DNA of 57,269 bases, filler included, from Platydemus manokwari (taxonomy: Eukaryota), in NCBI GenBank assembly GCA_037951405.1. It is 5 parts of 5 records of this genome, joined end to end, with 100 filler letters (N's around TTAATTAATTAA, not from the genome) between each part and the next. Parts side by side here need not be neighbours in the genome. Positions count along the whole stretch, not along the records: positions 11,419 to 25,296 come from JBBMOY011589188.1; 4 more parts are not named here. One strand, 5' to 3'. The notes under the pieces were generated by a model, which worked only from the letters and a program-made list of their open reading frames with translations, was not told the origin of the DNA and did no database searches. A program made the position numbers and the translations under genes. Of the stretch, positions 12,207-23,021 are shown piece by piece (the stretch's first letter is position 1; every line of letters starts with the position of its first letter).

Positions 12207-14454
12207 CTATAAGAAAGAATTGTAAATATCTAAATGAGCGAGATCAATATCATTAATTTGAGACAATTCAATATTTTACCGCATAATTTACTGGCTCTTT
12301 TTAAAATCTTGATCCTTTGATTAAAACATCTGAACAACAATTCCGTCTGTAAATTACTGTTGCAAGAAATTGTGTATAGTAGATCTTCGGCTTTATCGAA
12401 TATATCAATGAATGATCGACGTTCTACAAAGTTAAGATTCCACTAACATCACCAATAATATCAATCAACCAATCAATACTTGACGCTCTCAGAACCCAAT
12501 TCAACAATATCAACTGATGAGAAACAATCGTTTTGATTCCTTTTTGAAATTTCAAATGTGTTCGATATAAAACCATGGTAACGGTTTCCATTTTCGATTT
12601 TTCATAGACATCTAATTTAATCAATAAATCTTCTTTCAATTCGATTTTGCTGGTATCGTTGGATCGGATTTCTTTAATGGCTGTGATAAATTGCTCATAC
12701 AAATACTGTCTGGTAGAATCGATATTGTTGTTGGTAAAATATTCTTCAATCAAATCATTGATCATCGATTTTGTCATGGATATATACTGAAAACAATAAT
12801 CACAATATGAACAACAACAACAACAATATTTTCTCTTCAATTACATCAATGGAAATCTGATTGAAATATTCTTCAATTGCTTTTTCAATGGGAACATTCT
12901 CCACATTTAATTTCTTACAAAGAAGTCTGAGAAATAGAAAAATCGATATGAGAAATCTAATTTTTTTCCAATTTTTTTTTACTTGTGATTTCGATTTTTC
13001 ATGAGATATTTGGTCAGAAATTGTTGATTGATGTATTTATTGCCGATTATATAATCAGTAATCGTCTTTTCCAATTGTTTATCTTTCAAATATAATTCCG
13101 TTGCTAAAATATTGATGTTGACCATTTCTTGGATGACGAGCTTGTCTTCATGTTCCAAATCGAGATTCAATCTGAATAGATTATTAACATTATATCACTG
13201 TGATTGAGATTGTCATTGATATTTTACTGAGTTTTCAATTGTTGATTTTCATCGATTGGTCGCGATTTCCTGAATGAGAATTGAGAATGAGATACACAGA
13301 ATAATTAGAACCAACGAGGATAGCTTGAAGCTGGAAGATTTGACATGGTTAAATATCGATTTGGATCTCTTTACAGAACCAATTTGACTATTATCATTAT
13401 TATTACTATTGTTATTCGATTTCAATTCGTCTTCTGATTTGTTGTCCATTTGATATGCTTCAGTTGAGTTCATTATGGAGAAGTTTGAACTCAACACATG
13501 GTTGGAGTCTTCGAATTTCGAATTCTTTGATTTAAAATTGTTTCGAATCGATTGATGTCGAGGTTTAAATTGAACATTTTTTTTTAAAAATTGGTCAATT
13601 TTTTTTGGTGTTGATGTACAACCGGGAAAATTGGGTTCAAATTGAAAATTTTCCCCCAAGCTGTTGTCGATTTTCGTTTTTAATTCAGGGAATTTGGGAA
13701 CTTTAAAATCGGTATCCATATGTGCTTTGACTTCAATTTTATTTGTGGAATTTATTGGGTTTTTGTTAACGTTGAAGAAATTTAAAATCGATTTTCGCCT
13801 TCTAATGTTGGCATTTTTTTGCAATGAATCATTCGTAGGACCTCTGAGTGTCAAATATTTGGTTGTGGAACCGATCGGAATATCATGAATTCCATTGCAG
13901 TCTTTTGATTTTTGTCGTCTATCTTTATGAAATAAACGTAACAAAGTATTTTTTTTCAAATTGGTTTTATCGATTTCTTGTGATACTTGATTCACACTTT
14001 GCGGTGTTGAAGGACTTTTTTCATTTGACTCACAAGATTTATTTTTAAATTTAGACTTTTCAGTTTTATTAGTTTGAAAAACTAATTCTACATCAGAATT
14101 ATTTTCGTTTGATTTATTCATATTTTTATCTGATTTTAAAAAACTCCAAATGGTTTTGCGCCTTGAATCATGCTTTGATTTTTCAATTTGTGTTTTGACA
14201 ATAGGTAATTTCGTTGGTGTTATAGAAATCTGGTTTTTATTGGATTGAATATTCTCACTTTGATCTGCAAATTCTTCTGGAATCCCATTATTAATTATTA
14301 TGCATGATTTTTTATTATCAGTATTGTTGAAAGAATTCGCAAATGATTTGCTCACTTGAAAAATATTCAAAATTGATTTCCTTCTAGATTTTACTTTTGA
14401 ACTGTTCACTAAGGAATCTTGTAAATTACTTTTAATCTGCTCTTCAATTATCAT
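12207..14454 (-). CDS. Multi-exon gene (~641 aa): long basic low-complexity N-terminus, divergent Sec7-like domain and PH-like domain (EFA6/PSD-like architecture)
   Basis: Phase-consistent GT-AG model: exons 14454-13316, 13269-13228, 13171-12983, 12926-12845, 12786-12480, 12423-12280, 12229-12207 (last exon uncertain). FLTKYL..LLCKKLNVENVPIEKAIEEYF..MINDLIEEYFTNN follows the Sec7 helix pattern. VLYRTHLKFQK..SHQL..KRRSFIDIF..YTISCNS..ELLFRCFN follows the EFA6-type PH pattern. The gene itself is well supported; the family call is moderate. Confidence 0.7.
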
Positions 14455-15169
14455 TTAAATTTCTTCAAAATGATTTTTAAAAATGACTGGTAATTGAAAT
14501 TGCTTAAATACAATAATAAAACAATATATATTATTTTATATTATATTATTACTATAAGTAATTTTAAATTTTCCAATTGCTTAATTAGATAAATTGAATT
14601 GTATTACTTATTTTGCTAATTTTAAAAAATTAAATTTAGACATTTACTAAAAAGTAGTTAAATTTGTCTCATTTATTTGAAGATGAAATGAGTATTTGAA
14701 AGTAATTATTTTTCTGATATATTGAATAAAATTTCACTAAAAGATATCATTAACTAGGAAATTGAAGTCCAGTTTTATCCAATGATATCTTTATATCCAA
14801 TAGTATTGCATTAAATAATAAAGGTAGGATAAATATCAAAATTAAAATATTATACCAATTTATGACTTTACAGAGTCATTTGGTATTATTTCATTTGATC
14901 GATGTCTCAATTGTATCAAAAACAACCCGAAATTACGTCCAAAAATCCACGAATTATACCTAAAAAAAACTATGGCCATGAGAAAGAGATACACATCTAT
15001 TGCAGTGGTTAATCAGTGATTTCTAAATTGAACTTCAGATTCATGCCAGGAGAATCGAACAAATGATCATATTGTTGAGAATAAGCATAAGCAAACGGAA
15101 ATGATCACATAAAATTATAAAAAATTATATTAATCATCACGCTGCCATAGAAATAATAGGCTAATTCGT

Positions 15170-15285
15170 AGGAAATTTAAATAGAATTGGTCATGGCAAA
15201 TATATAAACTACCATAGTTAATTATGAAAAATTTATAAATTTGTTATCGACCACAAATAAAATTGTATATAAAGAGCATCATAAT
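15170..15285 (+). mobile_element. Possible Penelope-like element RT C-terminal fragment
   Basis: GHGKYINYHS resembles the PLE GRYLNFxS motif. Confidence 0.28.
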
Positions 15286-15599
15286 TAGGAAATTTTGCGT
15301 CTATACTCAGTGCTTAAGTGCACTTAATTCAGAACATGAATTTGATTGAGTTATTGTTCAATTTGTGGGTCATTTATATTGTTCAGTTTTCTTTCGTGGT
15401 TTAATCATTCAATCTTCATTTGCTAATCAGTAATATCATTCCATTCTCCTTTATGGATCATATTTATTGCAACGACTATTATTATGGTAAATTTTATTCA
15501 GTCGTTATATTTTGAAATCGTAAAAGTCTCCGCACATATTTAATCGATAAACTAAAAAGTCATATGGATTTGTAGTACTCCTAAAATTATCTTTTTAGT

Positions 15600-16100
15600 T
15601 TTTCGTTTCAGAAGATTGACACGAAGTTCCCTCCGGTGACGGTTTATATCCCTTTACGGTCACTACACATTTCTCTATTGTATTTTGGGATTATATGTTT
15701 ATTCAACATGGGATTTTGTCAAGACTAATCTGATTTAATTTCAAATGAATCTCCTAAAAAAGTCAGTTAAGTTTAAAATTCAAATTTAAAAATCCACTAT
15801 TGAAGTAAATACGACAAGTACAAATATATTTAACAATTCTTTACAGTGAACCGAATTATTTTAAATTTAATTAAATAGATTCTTCCGTTGTGATCTTGAA
15901 ATTTTTTAGAGTTTTTACTCTTTCTTAATCGGAATACCTTTTGAAAACCAGAGGTTGGTTTGATTGCAAATTTAAATAATCTGCTTTGGTTAAATCCATC
16001 ATTTCACATTTAGTCAGTTAAATGTCTGACAGAGATCGTAATTTCTGTTCATGAATATTTTCCAAACCGTTTGTTAAAATTCACATTAAAATCAAATAAC
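15600..16100 (-). mobile_element. Possible LINE ORF2 remnant (pre-RT domain 0)
   Basis: IEKCVVTVKGYKPSPEG at ~15629-15680 resembles the EI..AI..LK..K.PGPDG motif. Confidence 0.28.
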
Positions 16101-16530
16101 AACGATTTATTTAGTAATTCATAAATAATCAAAAATACTAAGATTTTTAGTTTAATATTTTTATTTATATATCGATTTCACAATGAAAATGTCGATTCTT
16201 AACCTAGAAGTCTTAAGAATCATTTCTTGCTATTTTTTATTGGGATTTTTTTTAGATGATTCGTGTATGTTCAAAAAATATTAAAATTGGTAAATAAATT
16301 TTTATTGTGCATAAACAAGTTTTTCACGAGGCGGTGGGAAGATCCCTCACTTTGACTTTATATTTGTAAGTTGAAATTGCTTGTATGTCTATGACTTTTC
16401 ATTGTCTCTGCATATTGAAGATCCATTGTTTTTTTGGAAGAGCTAAATTGATTGTTCTTCCCATTGAAAATTTTTTTTTAATTCTAAATTTTTATTTTAT
16501 TTGACTTAAAAGGCTAAGATTGGGCAATAT

Positions 16531-16793
16531 TGTCATAGTGAATGATGTTTCATCGTCAATGATAGTATTGTACAAGTTGAGGGTTTGAAGGTCATCAGAT
16601 TCACATTGTATGTGGTGAGGTAGTGAGTTTGATGTGTATTGGAGGAGTCATCGTCAATATGAGAGTAGTCCAAGTGTCTGTCAGTATGGTTCTCGTGTTC
16701 GAGTTGGAACGACAAGTCTCAGATCGAGTGAATATTTGGAGGTGCGAGTGAATGGTCCATGAGATCTTGTTCATCGAGCATATGGCGTCAGAA
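16531..16793 (+). mobile_element. Orphan 5' LTR (16531-16780) plus primer-binding site (16783-16793)
   Basis: 250-bp GC-richer island starting TGTCA and ending GAGCA. Two nt later comes TGGCGTCAGAA, one mismatch from the common tRNA-Leu PBS TGGTGTCAGAA. Confidence 0.5.
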
Positions 16794-17129
16794 TTAAATA
16801 CGATGTAATATATGCCAAATTTCTAGTTAGAGAAGGGGTTTAAGATTAAGAACATTTGAGATTATTTAATTAAAAAAATTATTTAGAAAGAAATTTAATT
16901 TAAATTTTTTAAAAATATAAACAAGATTAAAAAAATTCTATATAAAATGATAAAATACTTTGTGAGTGAGAGCACGAGTCTAGGTGAAAGTTTAAATTAG
17001 AATGAAGTAGAGTTAGATATTTAGTTTATTGAAAGAAAAAAACGTTGGCAGAGATTTTGTGTAGATATTCCGAAAAGTATATAAGAATGAAGGAAATGTA
17101 AATTTATTTTAAAATTAATTACGCAATCA

Positions 17130-17260
17130 TTAAACCAATTGTGGTAAGATTTTCCTTTGCTTTTCATTGGTTATAAGGATTTGTTTGTAATGTTGGGTAG
17201 ATCGTCAAAAAAACCACACTGATTCGATAAGCGCACGTGTCAAGAGCCAATCAGATTTAT
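17130..17260 (+). promoter_or_regulatory. Possible promoter (CCAAT boxes plus E-box)
   Basis: CCAAT/ATTGG at ~17135, ~17166 and ~17247 (AGCCAATCAG), and CACGTG at ~17234, just upstream of a GC-richer block. Confidence 0.25.
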
Positions 17261-18012
17261 TTTACATATCAATCCATATTTAGAATTCAATTTTGACGCA
17301 TACTAACAAATGGCAACAAACATCGATATTCGTCAATGGCACGAGAATTGTAAGAAAAAATGGTTGGCAGATTGACGTATGGACGACTCTTTTGAATGGA
17401 AAGCAAAGCTCTAAGACATCAAATGAACATTCACAATGTGGCTACAAAAGAAGTTGGATTTTAAGATCAACGACCAGTTTTTTCTGATAACCAGTCTTTG
17501 CGGTTGTCTTCTATTTTACATTCAACTTTCGGGTGCTGATCCAATTTTTGATTGATGTCTATTGTGATTATTAATTAAATTTTGTGACCAATTGAATTCG
17601 TAATTCATTGTGATTCAAATTACAGTTTTCAGTATTCAGTGCCAATTAATAACCTAATAGTCATGAAAAATATTTATATTGTTAAATAGTTTTTCAAAAG
17701 TGTTTGGTTTTTCGGATTTATTTTATCACAATATTATTTATTTTCGTCAAATATCCTTATTACTGTCATTGATTATCAAAACTTAACACGAAATATTTTG
17801 TTATTACCAATAGACTGTGCAGATTTGATGTTTTTATAAATAAAAGTATGTTTTTAATAAATTTGAATTTTTTAAGTATAATCTAATTAAAATATGAAAA
17901 TTTAATTTTCCAAATACCGCACAAATAGCTATTATTATAATTAATATTGATCGAGTAGAACTGTTTCTGATTCATCTAATTTAATCAATTGAGTTATTGA
18001 TATTTTTTCATT

Positions 18013-18486
18013 ATGGAATCTGCAAAAATAAAAATTCATATCCCCGATGAAAATATCATCAGCATGAATAAAATTGTCCAAAGCAATGTTCCTCTGATTA
18101 CTGAAGATTGTCGTTTAATATCTAGGGTGAAAATCATTGAAAAAGATAGAAATTTCTTTTCCAAGAAATATTTAATGGCTGGAGATTGTGTCGAAACGAA
18201 GTCTATTATGCAACATGAGAAAAATCAAGATGTTTCCGATATGAAAGTTAATGAGATTGAACTGAGGAATAGTTTAATTGAAAACTCTGATAGTAATTAT
18301 CACGAATATTTCTCATTTGACAAGATTTCAGCATGTAAGACGAAATTATCATCTTGTGAAGATTTCCAGATAGAATCACCATTGGATTGTTGGAAATATT
18401 CTTTGAAAAATGATAAAGCAAATTTAATTCTCATAAATAATAAATTATTAAAAGAAAATAATAAATCTGAAAACTTGGTGAGTTAA
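18013..18486 (+). CDS. Hypothetical 157-aa protein, no recognisable domain
   Basis: ATG-initiated 157-codon ORF in very AT-rich flanks with protein-like composition. Confidence 0.45.
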   Translation: MESAKIKIHIPDENIISMNKIVQSNVPLITEDCRLISRVKIIEKDRNFFSKKYLMAGDCVETKSIMQHEKNQDVSDMKVNEIELRNSLIENSDSNYHEYFSFDKISACKTKLSSCEDFQIESPLDCWKYSLKNDKANLILINNKLLKENNKSENLVS

Positions 18487-19698
18487 TTGTTATATTTTTA
18501 TAAGATGTTTTATTCAATAATTAATTTCAAATTTTTGAATGGGACTGTTTTGATTTAAGTAGCAATTTTTGAATGATTTAGTGATTAATAATTTTAAAAA
18601 GATCACACAAATAATATTTATTAGACTTAACTGGTTTGGAAAATATCATTTAGGTGAACCATGGTATATATGGTAAATTCAATGTATCAAATGTACATGG
18701 TATCAAATGTGTATTGCTTGCAAATTATATTTCTTTGCATCCATTATAACGTTAGACTAAATCAAAGTTCCATGTAAGTCCATTTATTGAATTCAAATTC
18801 ATAAATTTGTATTTTTAAATGGATTTCAACAATATTTTCATATGATTTAAGTATAAATTAGTCACGACGGTTCTTAACCAATGAAATTTTATGATTTTAT
18901 ATTTGGTTGTCACAGTTAATTATGATTTGTTGAAATTTTAATAAAATTTAACTCGGTATAAATATATAATCATATAATAAGAAAAATTCCACAAAATTTG
19001 TTAGCATTTCAATTATATTTCATTCTCTTCTTTATCATTAATAATTGCAAAAAATAATAATGATTCTGGTATGGATGCATTGTATTGCTACTTATGGTAT
19101 ATAATGTTGAATAATATTTGCTACTCTCGGATATTAATATCATTTCGTATTTCTTAATTTAAAGCATTTCATTAATAAAGTTTGACCTCTGTTCTTAATG
19201 AAAAGTGCTATTTTTCAAATCTAATCTAACACAATAGTATCTGGATCAGTAACTCAAAATAATAAATCAATGGCTTTCAACCCATGGACCCCATCAGTGT
19301 TTCATAACGAGATCGAAAGCTACGCGTGCTAAACTCGTTTCCAGTTAGACAAAAGAACAAAACAAAGATGACATCAGTTTTCATAAATGGTAACATATTT
19401 TACGCCTTTTTTCAAAAAACCATTTTCGGTTGCATGTCTTGAATCAACGGAAATAGGTAAAGTAAAGGCAGAAAAATCATTGTTATTAAAGTTAGTCAAA
19501 CATACTTTTTTTACCAGATATCATTTTCAGATTGTAGATAACTGTACTTCCTTACTCAACACACACACACATATATATAAAGGGATTTAATGTCTTCAAA
19601 ACCACTCGGCAGCTTTTCTTTAACTAATCCTTCTATTCATTTCCTTTCCACAATTTTCAATTTCATAATACTTAAAAAATTAATATTTCTGTTTACAG

Positions 19699-20553
19699 AA
19701 ATCTCCAAATCCTTCAAAGATTACACTTATTTCAAAAAATTCTGAATTACCCACACCTAAAACAAGGATAAATTCTAGTTTTCAGTATTTAATTCAGATT
19801 ATTTTGTCTGAAAATATTCACTGTCAGTTCATTTTCGATTGCTGGAATCTTCGGGAAATTGTTGTAAAATTGATTTCTGATGAGAAAGCAATCAATATAA
19901 AACAAATGTTGAACAATTTGCTCAAAGACATTGATAAAACAAAACGCCACGAAAAATTTTCCAGACCCAAAACAAAATCCAAACCGACAAAAACAATGGA
20001 AAATGTCAATAAAAACGCTTCAAAATTCCCGTTCAATTTTGATTTACAGAAAGCGAAATCGATTTCAGAAATAATCAAATTGTGTTCTAATATTTCCTCA
20101 TCCGTGAAGAAGTGTTCATTAATGAACTCCACGTCTGGAAATCTAATGAAATCTCACAATTCAGAAAATATCAACAGACTAACAGCAGACATAGACATCT
20201 CCAAATCAAAGTCAGTATTGCCGTATACTGTCAATTTAAATCCAAATAATCCCTATAAAATTTTTGTATTGTCTCAATTCGATGCTCTCATCCAATCACA
20301 TATTTCCACATCTGACAGACGATTACGAGCAATTGCTAATCGAATGAATTGCAAAATCAATATTTATGGTCCATTTAAAGCTTCTCATTTCAATGCTTCA
20401 TATTATACGTCAAGGGAAAAAGTAACTTATCATTGTGTCATTTCCAGTGATAGCAAATCGAATTTGGAGAAATGTCACAAATGTATCAAGGATACATTTC
20501 CAACGACGACATTTCGAGAAATCAATGTCAATCAGTTTAATGCACATTCTTAA
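19699..20553 (+). CDS. Last exon of a gene with a C-terminal degenerate KH-like domain
   Basis: The frame is open from the TTTACAG acceptor ending at 19698, in frame with ORF 19804-20553. The C-terminus LI..HISTSDRRLRAIANRMNCKINI...CVISSDSKSNLEKCHKCI follows the type-I KH pattern without GxxG. Upstream exons (19270-19560) unresolved. Confidence 0.6.
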   Translation, partial: KSPNPSKITLISKNSELPTPKTRINSSFQYLIQIILSENIHCQFIFDCWNLREIVVKLISDEKAINIKQMLNNLLKDIDKTKRHEKFSRPKTKSKPTKTMENVNKNASKFPFNFDLQKAKSISEIIKLCSNISSSVKKCSLMNSTSGNLMKSHNSENINRLTADIDISKSKSVLPYTVNLNPNNPYKIFVLSQFDALIQSHISTSDRRLRAIANRMNCKINIYGPFKASHFNASYYTSREKVTYHCVISSDSKSNLEKCHKCIKDTFPTTTFREINVNQFNAHS

Positions 20554-20749
20554 TTTTCCAATGAAAATACATTTTTATCATATTATTTATTCTTTAAAAA
20601 AATCTTTAAATGATATCGGGCTTTCGTTGTGTAACGTCATTTTAATTTATTTATATTAATAATTTCATTAATTATAAAGAATTACTTTCAAAATGCATAG
20701 TAGAATCATTGCAAATACGTGAATTATGATTTTAAAATTGCATCAATTC

Positions 20750-21620
20750 GAACTTTGTTTCTAATGGAACACTGACCTCTTTAACCAATAATATGGAAGA
20801 AAAATACTTGAAGAAAAAAGGTATTCAAGTTTAAATATTATTACAAATATTATATATTATGTTTGACAGTTACATTGATATGAAGCACCATATGATGTAA
20901 AACTTTTGTGATTAAGTTATATAAAAATCTGACTGAAGAATCTGATGGGTAGAAGCTACAAGAATTTTATGAGTGAACTTTTACAAATTCCAATATACTG
21001 ATACACTGGTTTTATGATCTTCTTTACTCATCAGTATCAGAATGAGCCTCGCAATCAATTATTTAATAATGTGTTGATTGGTGAATTTGAATAAATAACC
21101 ACTTCACGTCGCTTTCATTACCATTTTGGTTTTCTGTCGATATATCTCATTAAAATGTTAAGAAAAATCTGAGACCCACTCTGTTACAAGGAACTGTTAC
21201 AAAATTTCAGGTCATATGCGCTTAAAACGTAGGAACAAACTGATGGTAATAAATAACTTTTGCTTCTTTTACTTGAGATGGGAAGAAATATTTGTTGAAA
21301 TATGAGAAAACTGCATATGTAGTTTCCATCCTTCAAACCTTTTAAAATTTTTAATTCAGCTTCAGATATAAAGGCTTACTTATTAAAGAATGTAGTCAAT
21401 GTGTCAATAAAATGCAAATACCGTTTTTCTGTATAGACATATCTAACAAATGTGCTAAAATTTATTTAAGCATAAACATAAGTGTCTTCAAGACACATTT
21501 GTACATGTCCTCATATCTACTTGTAATAATAATAAAGTTTTCTTTGATTGGCTCAAATGTTCATCTTCTTGGTGGGTTTTCTATGTAGATTTGCCACATT
21601 TCTTATTAGCATTTCCTTTA
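20750..21620 (-). mobile_element. Decayed hAT-superfamily transposase remnant
   Basis: Minus strand STFVRYVYTEKRYLHFID at ~21400-21456 matches the hAT FVRYV motif that follows the first catalytic Asp. Boundaries approximate. Confidence 0.4.
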
Positions 21621-22293
21621 AAACAATTTCAAAACATTATAAATATTATTGCTTGATTATTTTATCTGAAGTTTCGAAAACCTAGAAAGAAGTCTAAATA
21701 TCTAATTTTAAAGGAGATTGCTTAAGAAGCAACAAGTTACATTTGAGTTTTGGGATCAATTATTTAAGTGCGAAAAAGTTTAAGAACCATTAAAGGAAAA
21801 TATGCTTAAGCTGACTCGAAGACAATCAAGAATTTTTATAAAAATAAGTCTATTATAAGAAACCGAAGAATTTGAAAAATCCTGAAAAGCCAGCAAGTCT
21901 CCTTATTTTTTCCTTTACACAATAATTTTTAGTAAGATCAATCGATGCGATTACCGACATGCTTGAGATGCTTGTAGTAAATGCCTGTGTAAATGTTGAA
22001 TTTCAAATGAAACTTCATTCCATATGTGACTTTTCATGCTTATATCTTGTAAAAAATTTAATCAAAAAATAAGGTTTAAAAATAGTTATTTTTCAATCAT
22101 CATATTTATTAAAATTTTCATATTATATGATTTCTGATCTTTAAAACTGATCTTTATTTTCCGATTATAATTTTTCGAACTTGGGTTTTAACATTAACTA
22201 ATTTAGAAATCATTTATCAAAATCAAAATTATCTAAACATTATTACGAGAATATTCATGATGTACAACTGGAGGTATTTTCTCGAAAAGTACT

Positions 22294-23021
22294 CTAGTTG
22301 ATTTGAATCAATTTGATTGGATGAAAAATATAAAATAATGGAAATACAAAATTTTGGTAAAAAGATTTTTTATCTTTATTATTTTTACACTTTAATTTGA
22401 AATCAAAAGAAACAGAATATATTGGAATAATCGATAATATGATTAACAACATAAATAATAAATGAGCGCTATTTACATACGATATAAACATTGTACCACA
22501 TTTAAACAAATAAACTCTATAAAAAAGAAACGTTCTAGTATAAGCAATTGTAATATAGTGAAATCGATAAATCTGTAACAATATCAAATTACTTACACAT
22601 CCTGATTGGCCTTGTGTAACAATTCTTTCTCTTTCTCGTCTTGATCACTTATTCGAATAAAAAATACTAAAGTGCATAGAAAACTAAACAGAGTACAAAA
22701 TTCGGAAATAATAAACAGATAGTAACTATGTCTCGGAGTTGATAGAACCAGATTATATTCTTGGGCATTTATATCGATTTTTCTTTTACCCCAATTGCCG
22801 ATAAATTTATTGACAAATGCACTTTTTGTCGTTTCTTTCTGAATGATCATCAAACCATTTCGATGAAGCATCAATTTCAAATCATAATCATCCGAATCAT
22901 GAATCAATTCTATTTCACTCTCTGCCAGTGACAAACAAATGAGAATACAGATAACTGAAAGGATAAAACAGAAATAAATTTCAAAGAATTTATGCCAAAC
23001 AAGTTCTGGTTTCAAAATCAT
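22294..23021 (-). CDS. Two-exon, probably four-pass membrane protein of unknown family
   Basis: Exons 23021-22597 and 22534-22294 joined in phase by a 62-nt GTAAGT...TAG intron. Four hydrophobic segments with a large first loop. Confidence 0.6.

Noticed and set aside
12787-12844. Poly-Cys MKRKYCCCCCSYCDYC metal-binding motif
   Set aside because: Intronic (TGT)n microsatellite before the acceptor at 12787.
13249-13315. Hydrophobic C-terminal tail LVLIILCISFSILI of the 401-aa ORF as a TM anchor
   Set aside because: It is translation of a 46-nt GT-AG intron (13315-13270).
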